64,000 nt of DNA from an uncultured Chloroflexia bacterium (GTDB taxonomy: Bacteria > Chloroflexota > Limnocylindria > Limnocylindrales > CSP1-4): positions 1,088,001-1,152,000 of the forward strand of contig OY970218.1 in the NCBI GenBank assembly GCA_963713975.1, given 5' to 3'. Position 1 is the stretch's first letter. Each line of letters starts with the position of its first letter. The notes under the pieces were generated by a model. That model was given only the letters and a program-made list of their open reading frames with translations, did not search any database and had not been told where the DNA came from. The position numbers and the translations under genes are program-made. Below, in pieces: positions 50,797-60,681 of this stretch.

Positions 50797-51519
50797 CTAC
50801 AGCCCGTAGGCGAGGCGCGCCACGAGGCGCTCTGGCAGGCCCACCCGGGTCATGGCCTCCTGGACGCCCGCGATGTCATAGGCGGTCCGGTGCCAGGTGG
50901 CCGTGCCGGCATCCGTGTCCAGCAGCAGCCAGCTGGCGGTCGGGATCCCGTCACGCGGCTGGCCCACGCTGCCCGGATTGAGCAGGACCCGCCGCCCGTC
51001 GAACGTGAGCTGCGAACCGGAGCCGGGACTCATCGTCTCGAGCCGCCCGTCGTCCTCGATGTAGGCAATGGGCAGGTGGGTATGCCCGTGCAGCCCCGAG
51101 TGCGTCCGCATCGCGGCCATGCTCGCACGTGCGACGGGCGTCGACGTCACGTACTCCCAGGTTGGATCACGCGGGCTGCCGTGCACCAGGAGGTAGCCCT
51201 CGCGCTCCAGGGTCTCCGGCAGGGCGCCAAGCCAGGCCCTGGTGGCCACTCCGATGGTGGTTCGCGTCCACTCGGCCGCCCGGCGGGCATCGACGTTGAA
51301 CCCCTCGATCTCGAGGCCGCCGATGGCCGCCGCGTCGTGGTTGCCGCGGACGCCGACCGCACGAAGGTCGCTGAGCCTCGCGACCACCTCGTCCGGGTGC
51401 GGGCCGTAGCCCACAACGTCGCCCAGGTGCCAGACCTCGTCCACGGACGGCACCGACGCCAGGACGGCATCGAGCGCGATCACGTTGGAGTGGATATCGG
51501 AGAGGACGGCGACGCGCAT
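50797..51519 (-). CDS. Calcineurin-like metallophosphoesterase (YfcE/PrpA-like)
   Basis: SDIHSN, GDVVGYG, GNHD, HGSP, GHTH, NPGSVGQPRDG. Confidence 0.92.
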   Translation of the reverse strand: MRVAVLSDIHSNVIALDAVLASVPSVDEVWHLGDVVGYGPHPDEVVARLSDLRAVGVRGNHDAAAIGGLEIEGFNVDARRAAEWTRTTIGVATRAWLGALPETLEREGYLLVHGSPRDPTWEYVTSTPVARASMAAMRTHSGLHGHTHLPIAYIEDDGRLETMSPGSGSQLTFDGRRVLLNPGSVGQPRDGIPTASWLLLDTDAGTATWHRTAYDIAGVQEAMTRVGLPERLVARLAYGL

Positions 51520-51589
51520 CTGAGCGAGGGTAGCGCAGCGGTGTTCGTGCGCGTTGCCCACCACGTCGACCACGCTCGCACGCCCCGGA

Positions 51590-52363
51590 TCAGAGGGGCC
51601 GCCGTCGTCGCTCTGCCGGGTCGCGCGGGAAGCGGTCATCGATCCGGCCGGCACGCGGCACGATGACCAGGCGGTGCGTCTCGAGGCCGGCGACACGGTT
51701 CTCGACGACCGTCACCGGTCCGGCCCGGAGTGCCGCGAGGGCGCCCTCCGCATCGGCCAGTTCCTTAGCCACCGGGTCCCGTTTCCACGCCACCAGGACG
51801 CCGCCGGGGGCGACGAGGGGCAGGCCGATCTCCACCAGCTCGGCGAGTGAGCTGACCGCGCGAGCCGTGACGGCGGGCCAGGCCTCGCGGTCGCGGGGGT
51901 CCCGGGCGAGGGTCTCGGCCCGCTCGCTCTCGGCTGCGATACGGCTCGTGAGGCCGGTGGCCGCCAGCACCGTCTGCAGGAAGCGGACCTTCTTGGCCAC
52001 CGAGTCGACCAGCAGCGCCCGGTCCGATTCCAGCGCGGCGGCCAACGGCAGCCCGGGGAAGCCACCACCCGACCCGAGGTCCAGGATGCGCACGATTCCA
52101 CGTGACGCCAGGTACGGGACGGCGGCGATCGAATCGAGGACATGCAGTCGAGCGACGGCCTCCGGATCGCGGATGGCGGTCAGGTTGATGGACCCCGTCC
52201 AGGCGAGCAGGAACCGCGCGTGGCTGTCGATGATCTCGCGGACCGCCGGATCGAGCACGACGTCGAGAGCCGACAGCCCAGCGTCGAGGACGGCGTGGTA
52301 GGCCGGGGGCAGTGGCTCGAGGTCCTGAACGCGCGTCGGGAGCGGACTCCTCGGGCGATCCAG
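51590..52363 (-). CDS. rsmG: 16S rRNA m7G527 methyltransferase
   Basis: 'INLTAI', 'HVLDS', 'DLGSGGGFPGLPL', 'KKVRFL', 'RAE', 'TARAV'. Start is either CTG 52363 (GGAGG RBS) or GTG 52387. Confidence 0.93.
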   Translation of the reverse strand: MDRPRSPLPTRVQDLEPLPPAYHAVLDAGLSALDVVLDPAVREIIDSHARFLLAWTGSINLTAIRDPEAVARLHVLDSIAAVPYLASRGIVRILDLGSGGGFPGLPLAAALESDRALLVDSVAKKVRFLQTVLAATGLTSRIAAESERAETLARDPRDREAWPAVTARAVSSLAELVEIGLPLVAPGGVLVAWKRDPVAKELADAEGALAALRAGPVTVVENRVAGLETHRLVIVPRAGRIDDRFPRDPAERRRRPL

Positions 52364-52537
52364 GGCACCCTCCAAGTGGTCGTGCACCGGCTCACCCGGG
52401 ACCCGCTCCCGGCGTCGATCGTTCGCAGCGGCCGGCGTCCTGCGGTCTTGCGTCACCCGTTCGGTCCAGGCCCGGGTCTCCCCGTGGCCCCTTGCGGGTG
52501 GCGTCTCCCGAGCGCACATGCTGCGTGCGGAGTCCGG

Positions 52538-52615
52538 ACGGTAGGCGGGCGCATGCCGGGCGTCAAGGGTGCTTGTCCACGAATCGACCGAGGTCTCGCC
52601 GAATGCTGTGGATAA
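52538..52615 (-). promoter_or_regulatory. rsmG promoter TTGACG-17-TACCGT with two upstream DnaA boxes
   Basis: -35 at 52566-52561, -10 at 52543-52538. TTGTCCACG at 52573-52581 (+); perfect TTATCCACA at 52615-52607 (-). Confidence 0.65.
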
Positions 52616-52620
52616 CCGGG

Positions 52621-52968
52621 TCAGCCGGTCGACTTCGTTCCGCGGACGGGGCGCCCGAGCGTGCGCCGGACCACGTCCACGACCTCGTCGACGTACTTGT
52701 CGGCCTCACCGCGCTCGGCCGCGGTGCGCACGCAACCCTTCACGTGATCCTCGAGGATCATGATCGAGACAGCGTCCACGGCGGCCCGCAGCGCTGCCGT
52801 CTGCTGGAGGATGTCCACGCAGTACTCGTCGCGCTCGATCATGCGGGCGATGCCCCGCACCTGTCCCTCGATCCGGCTCAGGCGGCGGACGAGCTGCGCC
52901 TTGTCCTTGCTGTAGCTGTGACGGAACGTCGGGTGGTCGGCATGCGCGCCGCCGGAGGTCTCGGCCAT
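52621..52968 (-). CDS. csoR: CsoR-family Cu(I)-sensing repressor
   Basis: 'RLSRIEGQVRGI..M..YCVDILQQ..HVKGCV' (C-H-C ligands). Confidence 0.9.
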   Translation of the reverse strand: MAETSGGAHADHPTFRHSYSKDKAQLVRRLSRIEGQVRGIARMIERDEYCVDILQQTAALRAAVDAVSIMILEDHVKGCVRTAAERGEADKYVDEVVDVVRRTLGRPVRGTKSTG

Positions 52969-52977
52969 GGCCGCATG

Positions 52978-52994
52978 ATACCCCACAGGAGTAT
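52978..52994. promoter_or_regulatory. CsoR operator-like site ATACCCCACAGGAGTAT overlapping -10 TATCAT
   Basis: TAC-C-tract...GTA pattern of CsoR operators, immediately upstream of csoR. Confidence 0.7.
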
Positions 52995-53164
52995 CCAGCC
53001 TCGGCGACACGGCCCGGACCCCGGATGGGTCGTCCTTCGGTAGACTGACCTCCGATGGACCATCGCGACCTCCGGGAGCGCCTCACCGGGGCGGGCTGCA
53101 CCTCGTGCGGCACGGCAATCGCCGCTCGCCTCTTTATTGTCCAGGCCGATGCCCGGGGGCACGC

Positions 53165-53839
53165 GTGACGGCGTCGGCGGTCGGGCGGCCGGCCTTCGCC
53201 CATGCCAGCGAGGCCGAGTTGGCGCGGATCCTGGACTTCTACGACGTGCGCTGGACCTACGAGCCGGACACGTTCCCCATCGGCTGGTCCATGGCCGGGG
53301 AGGTCGTGGAGAGTTTCGCGCCGGACTTCTACCTGCCGGACCTTGACCTCTACGTGGAGCTCACGACGCTCAAGCAGCGGCTGGTGCGCAAGAAGAACCG
53401 CAAGCTGCGACGCCTGCGCGAGCTGTACCCGGACGTCCGCATCAAGCTGTTCTACGGGCGCGACTTCCGGATGCTGCTGCTCAAGTTCGGACGGCTGGCG
53501 CTTCTGGACGACCTCTCGGGGACGACCGGCCAGGCGACGCCGCCCCGTACCGCGGACCGGATCGTCCGCGAGGCCGGCATCGCCGCCGGAATGGGCCTGG
53601 CGGACGTGATCGTCCAGGGCATGGCCGACCCGCCGACCTCCACCGCGGACGCCGACGCACGACCCGAAGACGATCCGGACGTCGCCCTGACGCGCGCGGT
53701 GGGCTCCTCCACGACACCCCGTGGCCGCAGGCGCGGCCGGCGCCGGCCAAGGAGCGCCGCGATGTCCACTGCGATGTCCGCCGTGGGATCGCCGGCGCCG
53801 GACGTGACGGGTGCCGCCGCAGGCCGGGATCTCACGTGA
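53165..53839 (+). CDS. Hypothetical protein with PD-(D/E)XK-like N-terminal domain and disordered tail
   Basis: 'SEAELARILDFY..W.YEP', 'FAPDFYLP..DLYVELTT'. Confidence 0.7.
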   Translation: MTASAVGRPAFAHASEAELARILDFYDVRWTYEPDTFPIGWSMAGEVVESFAPDFYLPDLDLYVELTTLKQRLVRKKNRKLRRLRELYPDVRIKLFYGRDFRMLLLKFGRLALLDDLSGTTGQATPPRTADRIVREAGIAAGMGLADVIVQGMADPPTSTADADARPEDDPDVALTRAVGSSTTPRGRRRGRRRPRSAAMSTAMSAVGSPAPDVTGAAAGRDLT

Positions 53840-53930
53840 TTGCCAATGGGGGCGTGCGCCGCGGCGCCGGAGGCGCGATCATCGACCGGTACCCCAACCC
53901 ACTCCACGTGGAGGCAGCGTCGACCCACCC

Positions 53931-54497
53931 ATGACCCGCACCGCCGATCTCCAGGCCGACATCGGAGAGATCCTGCTCAGCGAGGAGGCCATCGCCACCC
54001 GCGTTGCCGAGCTGGGCCGCCAGATCGCCATCGACTACGCCGGCCGCAACCTGACGCTCGTCTCCGTGCTCAAGGGGTCGCTGCCGTTCATGGCCGACCT
54101 CATGCGCCAGATCTCGCTGCCGCTCCGCATCGACCTCATGGAGGTCAGCTCCTACGGCGGCACCGCCACCGAGTCGTCCGGCCTCGTCCGGATCATCAAG
54201 GACCTCTCGGCGAGCATCGCCGACGAGGACGTCCTCTTGGTCGAGGACATCATCGACACCGGCCTCACGCTCAACTACCTCGTGCGCTACCTGCGCGGCA
54301 AGAACCCGGCGTCCCTGCGAATCTGCACCCTGCTGGACAAGCCCGCCCGCAGGCTCGTGGACATCCCGGTCGACTACCAGGGCTTTGAGATCCCGGACCA
54401 GTTCGTGGTCGGCTACGGCCTCGACTACGCCGAGCGGTACCGGAACCTGCGCTTCGTGGGCGTGCTCCGCCCCGAGGTCTACTCGCCGGCCGAGTGA
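53931..54497 (+). CDS. hpt: Hypoxanthine phosphoribosyltransferase
   Basis: VLKGS, SSYG, LVEDIIDTGLTL, LLDK, FVVGYGLDY..YRNL. Confidence 0.97.
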   Translation: MTRTADLQADIGEILLSEEAIATRVAELGRQIAIDYAGRNLTLVSVLKGSLPFMADLMRQISLPLRIDLMEVSSYGGTATESSGLVRIIKDLSASIADEDVLLVEDIIDTGLTLNYLVRYLRGKNPASLRICTLLDKPARRLVDIPVDYQGFEIPDQFVVGYGLDYAERYRNLRFVGVLRPEVYSPAE

Positions 54498-54919
54498 TGC
54501 ACTCGCGACCCCTCGGCAACGGACGCAGGCTCGCGCTCCTGGGCGCGATCATCCTGGTCGTGGGCTGCCTCCTGCCGTGGTACACCGTCGGCGGGGACGG
54601 CGGCCTGCCGGCCGAGGCATACCGCGCCTTCACCTATCCGCAGGGCCTGGTCGCGCTCTTGGCCGGCCTCGGCACGCTGGCGCTGATCGCCCTGCCCTAC
54701 GCGGCGGGCGCACGTCCGCTCGCGATCGACCGCGGCATCGTCTTCGGCGTGCTGGCGGCCGCGGCGATCCTTGGCGTCGTCCTCTGGATCCCGGCGGTGC
54801 TCGACGCGCCCGAGGGACTCCTCCCGGACCGTGCCTACGGCTTCTGGATCTCGGCGGTCGGGGCGATCCTCATGGGACGCGGGGCGTTCGAGATCTCGCA
54901 GGAGCCTCCCCGCCGATAG
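54497..54919 (+). CDS. Hypothetical 4-TM membrane protein
   Basis: Coupled to the hpt stop; 'LLPWY' and 'YGFW' hydrophobic helices. Confidence 0.75.
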   Translation: MHSRPLGNGRRLALLGAIILVVGCLLPWYTVGGDGGLPAEAYRAFTYPQGLVALLAGLGTLALIALPYAAGARPLAIDRGIVFGVLAAAAILGVVLWIPAVLDAPEGLLPDRAYGFWISAVGAILMGRGAFEISQEPPRR

Positions 54920-54961
54920 CGTGCAGGCCGGGGCAGGCGCGCCACCGGACAGCGGCTGCGG

Positions 54962-55707
<746 letters not shown>

Positions 55708-55711
<4 letters not shown>

Positions 55712-56721
55712 ACCGCAGGTGCTCCCAGGTAGGCTTCGACGACTCGGGGGTCCTTGCGGACCTCCTCGGGCGTTCCCTCGGCGATCTTCTCGCCATGATC
55801 GAGGACCGTCACCCGGTCGCTGATGCCCATGACGAGCTTCATGTCGTGCTCGATCAGCAGGATCGTGAGCCCGAGGTCGTCGCGGAGCCGGGAGATGAGG
55901 GCGACCAGGTCCATGGTCTCCTTGGGGTTCATGCCGGCCGCCGGCTCGTCCAGGAGCAGGAGCGTGGGTACCGCCGCGAGGGCACGGGCGATCTCCAGCC
56001 GCCGCTGGTCGCCGTACGGGAGATTACGGGCGAGCTCGTTGCCCTTGCCGCCGAGGCTGACCAGCGTCAGCAGCTCGTTCGCACGGTTGAGGGCGGCCGC
56101 CTCCTCCGCCTGCATCCCGCGCGTGTTGAACATCGCGGTCACGAGGTTGCCGTGCGTCTTGGTGTGCATGCCCACGAGCACGTTCTCGATCGCGGACATG
56201 TTCTTGAACAGGCGGATGTTCTGGAACGTGCGGCCCACGCCCGCCTCGACCATGTCGTTCGGCCGGGCGCTGCGGAAGATGCCTACTCGCTCGAGACGCT
56301 TGTGGTACCAGACCGGCCGGATGATCGAGAGCAGGAGGGTCGCGACCAGCAGCCCCACGACTGCCAGCCCAACCAGCGCGAGCGGTCGCCCGCTGAGGAT
56401 CCCCGCCTGCGCCAGGGCGAAGGCGCCGAGCCCCAGGATGATGGACGGCAGCACCCAGACGAGCGACTCGTAGGCGATCCGCTCCGGCCTGGCGATCATC
56501 CGCCGGCCGTGGAACTCCACGCTGCCGCTCGTCGGGTCGATGACGCCGAGCAGGACGTTGAAGAACGTGGTCTTGCCCGCCCCGTTGGGACCGATGAGGC
56601 TCACGATCGAGCGCTCCGGGATGGTGAAATCCACGTCGCTGACGGCCACCAGGCCGCCGAACTGCCGGGTCACCTTGTTCGCGACGAGGATCGGCTTGTT
56701 GTCGAGCACGCTGCCGCTCAT
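55708..56721 (-). CDS. livG: Branched-chain amino acid ABC transporter ATPase with an inserted TM hairpin
   Basis: GPNGAGKTT, RTFQNIRLF, LPYGDQRRLEIARAL, LDEPAAG, IEHDM. Confidence 0.93.
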
Positions 56722-57935
56722 CGCTGGCCTTCCTCGGTGGTGCCCTCGGCCGTTGTGAGCGCGTCCTCCTCCGGCATGGTGACGGCCGTGTGGAGCTCGC
56801 GCTTGCGCCGGCTGTTCGGGAACAGGCCCTCGGGTCTCACAAGCATCATCGCGACCAGCGCCAGGCCGTAGAGCAGGAACTGGAGCTGGATGAAGTCGAC
56901 GTCCTTGAGGATCGGGATCCCGGTCGCGTCGAAGAACTGGTTGAGCGACTTGAGGACCACGTTGTTGATCGTGTAGATCACGAACGCGCCGATGGCAACG
57001 CCCCAGAAGTTGCCCATGCCGCCCAGCACCACCATGGCCAGCACCGTGAAGGACACGATGAAGGTGAACTGGTCGGGGCTCACGGTGACGAGCTTGGAGG
57101 CGTTGAACACTCCGGCGACGCCGGCCACGGACGCGCCGAGCGCGAATGCGAGCAGCTTGGTCGTGACGGTGTTGATGCCGTTGGCGGCGGCGGCCAACTC
57201 GTCTTCCCGGATCGCCTCCCAGGCACGGCCAAGACGGCTCTCGACCAGCCGGTAGCACATGATCATGACGCCGGTCACGAGCACGAGCATCGTCACGTAG
57301 TAGGGCCACGGGTTGATGGCCGAGAACGAGCCGATGATCGGCAGGGACGGCCGGAGCAGGCCACCGATGCCGTTGGTCCCGTTGGTGACGGCGTCGGAGT
57401 TGAGGAACACGATCGGGACGATCTCGCCGAAGCCGAGGGTCACGATGGCGAGGTAGTCACCCCGGAGCCGCAGCGTCGGCGCTCCCAGCAGGATGCCGAA
57501 GGTCGCCGCGACCAGCGCTCCGACGAGAAGCATCGGCCAGAACGCCAGGCCACCGACATCGGTGCCGAGACTCTCCACGATGTTGATGCCCAGGATCCCG
57601 TTGCCGAACGGGGACGCGACATAGGCGTAGGTGTAGGCGCCGATGGCGAAGAAGGCCGCGTACCCGAGGTCCAGCAGGCCTGCGACCCCGACCACCAGGT
57701 TGAGGCCCAGCGCGAGCAGGACGAAGACGCCCGCGTTGGTGAACCCGTCGATCCAGGCGTTGTACGGCTGGGCCATTGTGAACAGGGGGAAGACGGCGAT
57801 CAGCGGCAGCAGGGCGCCGACGAGCGCCATGCCCACCAGGATCGTCCATGACCGGTGCCGCGAGGCACGAGCACGAAGCGGGGCGAAGCGCGGTCCGCCC
57901 GCGGGCCGGGGAGCGACGTCTGTCGCGGCGCTCAT
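56718..57935 (-). CDS. livM: Branched-chain amino acid ABC transporter permease
   Basis: 'GLLDLGYAAFF', 'LRLRGDYLAIVTLGFGEI', 'AIREDE'. Confidence 0.95.
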   Translation of the reverse strand: MSAATDVAPRPAGGPRFAPLRARASRHRSWTILVGMALVGALLPLIAVFPLFTMAQPYNAWIDGFTNAGVFVLLALGLNLVVGVAGLLDLGYAAFFAIGAYTYAYVASPFGNGILGINIVESLGTDVGGLAFWPMLLVGALVAATFGILLGAPTLRLRGDYLAIVTLGFGEIVPIVFLNSDAVTNGTNGIGGLLRPSLPIIGSFSAINPWPYYVTMLVLVTGVMIMCYRLVESRLGRAWEAIREDELAAAANGINTVTTKLLAFALGASVAGVAGVFNASKLVTVSPDQFTFIVSFTVLAMVVLGGMGNFWGVAIGAFVIYTINNVVLKSLNQFFDATGIPILKDVDFIQLQFLLYGLALVAMMLVRPEGLFPNSRRKRELHTAVTMPEEDALTTAEGTTEEGQR

Positions 57936-58978
57936 GCCCGCTCTCCCAGCTGCTGTCCGAGCAGGCCGGACGGCCGGAAGACGAGGACGATAACCAGCAC
58001 GCCAAACACGATGGCCGGGCCCCAGCGCGTGAAGCCCATGGCGGTCGCACCGACCTCGATGAACCCGATCATGAAGCCGCCCAGGGCCGCGCCGACCGTG
58101 TTGCCGATGCCGCCCAGGACGGCGGCGGTGAAGGCCTTGAGACCCGCCTGGAAGCCGTCGTCGAACCGTGCGACGCCGTACTGCAGGCCGTTGACGACGC
58201 CCGCGGCACCCGCCAGTGCGGAGCCGATCAGGAAGGTGATCGCGATGGTGCGGCTGATGTTCACGCCCATCAGCGAGGCGGCGTCGCGGTCCGCGGCGGT
58301 GGAGCGCATCGCGCGGCCGAGCCGGGTGCGCCCGATGAACATCTGCAGCGCGATCATCATCATGACCGCGACCGTGATGATGAAGATGCTGAGTACCGGG
58401 ATCGAGGCGTTGCCGACGCTGATCACCCAGGTGTCAGGGAAGACCTTCGGCGAGTTCGTCTGGAAAGGGCCGTACACCAGCTGCACGAGGTTCTGCAGGA
58501 TGAATGAGACGCCGATGGCGGTGATGAGCGGGGCGAGGCGCGGGGCCTGTCGCAGCGGCTTGTAGGCGTAGCGCTCGATGGTGACGCCGACCAGGGCCAG
58601 GATGGTCATGGTCACGGCGAAGGTGGCCACGAGGGTTCCGATCAGCACGGGGATGTCCGTGATGGCGCCTTGGATCCCGAGGATCTGGCCGAGGAAGGTC
58701 AGGCTTACGAACGCGCCCACCATGAACATGTCGCCGTGCGCGAAGTTGATGAGCTCGATGATGCCGTAGACCATCGTGTAGCCCAGCGCGATCAGCGCAT
58801 AGATCGCGCCGCGGGTCAGGGCGTTGACGAGCTGCTCGATCGCCTGCTCGGTGCCCATGTTGGTGACCGCAATCCACGCGATCCCGATCAGGATCGCGGC
58901 GAGCACGAGCAGTCGGGGTGCTCGTCCCGTGGGCACGCGGGCGCGCCCGACGTCGCTGGTCGCGGGGAGTGCCGTCAT
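57932..58978 (-). CDS. livH: Branched-chain amino acid ABC transporter permease
   Basis: 'YALIALGYTMVYGI..LINFAHG', 'KAFTAAVLGGIG'. Confidence 0.95.
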   Translation of the reverse strand: MTALPATSDVGRARVPTGRAPRLLVLAAILIGIAWIAVTNMGTEQAIEQLVNALTRGAIYALIALGYTMVYGIIELINFAHGDMFMVGAFVSLTFLGQILGIQGAITDIPVLIGTLVATFAVTMTILALVGVTIERYAYKPLRQAPRLAPLITAIGVSFILQNLVQLVYGPFQTNSPKVFPDTWVISVGNASIPVLSIFIITVAVMMMIALQMFIGRTRLGRAMRSTAADRDAASLMGVNISRTIAITFLIGSALAGAAGVVNGLQYGVARFDDGFQAGLKAFTAAVLGGIGNTVGAALGGFMIGFIEVGATAMGFTRWGPAIVFGVLVIVLVFRPSGLLGQQLGERA

Positions 58979-59023
58979 GGGGTTCTCCGCTGCGCGTTGG
59001 AGTCTGGACACGCGAGAGCCGGT

Positions 59024-59067
59024 AAGAAAAGCGAGAGCCGGGAAGCCCGGTGGGCTCCCGGCTCTCG
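59024..59067 (-). terminator. Intrinsic terminator / mRNA-stabilising hairpin after the binding-protein gene
   Basis: Minus strand reads CGAGAGCCGGGAGCCC-ACC-GGGCTTCCCGGCTCTCG followed by CTTTTCTT. Confidence 0.8.
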
Positions 59068-59087
59068 ATCAGGTCCGGGTGCGGACT

Positions 59088-60308
59088 CTACTCGCCGTAG
59101 TTCACCTGGGAATCGAAGACCCAGTTCGGGTCAGGGAGGGTGAGGTCCGACTTGTAGAGGGAGATGATCTTCTGGTTGGTGTCGCCAACCGAGTCGAACT
59201 TGATGGGACCGAGAACGGTCTCGAAGGTCGTCTCCGGGTTCACGCCCGCGGCGCGGACGGTCTCGCGGGTGACGTCGCCCTTGGCGGCGGCATCCTTGAT
59301 GGCCTGGAGCACGATCTGGGCGCAGGCGTAGCCGGAGGCGCTGTAGGCGCCGGCGTCGACGCCGTACTCAGCCTTGTACTTGGCGTTGAAGTCCGCCTTG
59401 CCCGGGTACTCCGCGATGGCGGCGACCGAGCTGAAGGAGTTGGCACCGCCATCGCCGGCGATGTTGAGGAACGAGCCGTCCACCGAGGCGGGGCCATCCT
59501 GGATGCCGTCGCCGCCGAGGTACGGGAGATCGCCGAGGCCGACCTGGGGCATCTGCTTGCGCACGAGGCCGCCACCGGTCGCCGTCACGCCGCCGTAGAA
59601 CACGGCGTCGGGGGCGGCGTCCTTGAACTTGGTGAGGATCGCGGTGTAGTCGGTGGTGCCCTTCGGGGCGCCCTCACGACCGACAACCTCGCCACCCAGC
59701 TTGGTCCACTCGTCCGCGAACGCGTCCGCGAGGCCCTTGCCGTAGGTCTCGGTGTCATCGATGATCGCGACCTTCTTCAGGCCGAGCGTCTCGACGCCGT
59801 ACGTCGCGACGGCGGGACCCTGGATATCGTCCGTCGCGGCGACGCGGACGTAGTTGATCAGGTCCGGGTTCTTGGCGCGCAGCTCCCTGCCGGCGTCACC
59901 CTTGGTGAGGTCCGGGTTGGTGTTGGCGGGCGAGCACTGGAACAGGCCGGCCTCGTTCGAGATCGGGATCTGCACCTTGGCCACGGACGAGTTGAACGGC
60001 CCGACCACGCCGACGACGGCAGTGTCGGCGGCGAAGGACGTCATGTCCTTGGCGCCCTGCTGCGGGTCGTGGACGCCGTTGACGGCGTGGTCGAGGATCA
60101 CCGTCTCGACGGTGTAGCCGTCAAGCTTGAAATCCTTGATGGCGAGCAGCGCCCCATCGCGGGCCGGTCCGGCGCTGGCGAGTGCCGAGCCCGACAGCGG
60201 GAGCGTGATCCCGACCTTGAGGTCCTTGTTGCCGCCGCCCGCTCCACCGCAGGCACTGACGACGATGGCCGCGGCCGCGACGGCCGCGCCCACACGCGCG
60301 AACTTCAT
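59088..60308 (-). CDS. livK: Branched-chain amino acid ABC transporter substrate-binding lipoprotein
   Basis: Lipobox VSAC, 'PLSG', 'GPFNSS', 'SPANT', 'YGKGLAD', 'GGDG'; GGAGG RBS. Confidence 0.9.
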   Translation of the reverse strand: MKFARVGAAVAAAAIVVSACGGAGGGNKDLKVGITLPLSGSALASAGPARDGALLAIKDFKLDGYTVETVILDHAVNGVHDPQQGAKDMTSFAADTAVVGVVGPFNSSVAKVQIPISNEAGLFQCSPANTNPDLTKGDAGRELRAKNPDLINYVRVAATDDIQGPAVATYGVETLGLKKVAIIDDTETYGKGLADAFADEWTKLGGEVVGREGAPKGTTDYTAILTKFKDAAPDAVFYGGVTATGGGLVRKQMPQVGLGDLPYLGGDGIQDGPASVDGSFLNIAGDGGANSFSSVAAIAEYPGKADFNAKYKAEYGVDAGAYSASGYACAQIVLQAIKDAAAKGDVTRETVRAAGVNPETTFETVLGPIKFDSVGDTNQKIISLYKSDLTLPDPNWVFDSQVNYGE

Positions 60309-60471
60309 TGACGCCTCCTCCATTTCCCCTCGTCTGTGCGCCGGTCTTCCGTAGCCCGGAGCCGTATCGACGTCCCAGGTGGCCGAGGTGGACAGACCCG
60401 GCGCGGCGGTGACGGCGAAACGGGACGAGGGACCCAAACGCCAACCGCGAAGCGCGGCAAGGCGATGCCGT

Positions 60472-60516
60472 ATGATAAGCGTCGGCGACGGGGATGCAAG
60501 GGTTGTCCTTTGCATC
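60472..60516 (-). promoter_or_regulatory. liv promoter (TTGCAT-16-TATCAT) with palindrome GATGCAAGGG-N4-CCTTTGCATC
   Basis: Inverted repeat at 60493-60516 overlaps the -35; -10 at 60477-60472. Confidence 0.55.
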
Positions 60517-60681
60517 AATCTCATCTGCCACTTTCGCTCCGGGACGGCTGTTCGAGCCTAGAGTCGCTCGCCTCCCGGGCGCCCTCATTCGCGGCCAGGC
60601 GCGGGGCCGACCACCCGAACGGCAATTGCCCAGGGGTTCTCGCGCAGGGATCGCATCGCTGCACGAGGTCGTGACCACGGC

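Noticed and set aside
50792-50800. c-di-AMP (ydaO) riboswitch before kimA
   Set aside because: Only 4 nt are intergenic, and no consensus was seen upstream.
52573-52615. Replication origin oriC
   Set aside because: Only two DnaA boxes, no AT-rich unwinding element, and no dnaA/dnaN nearby.
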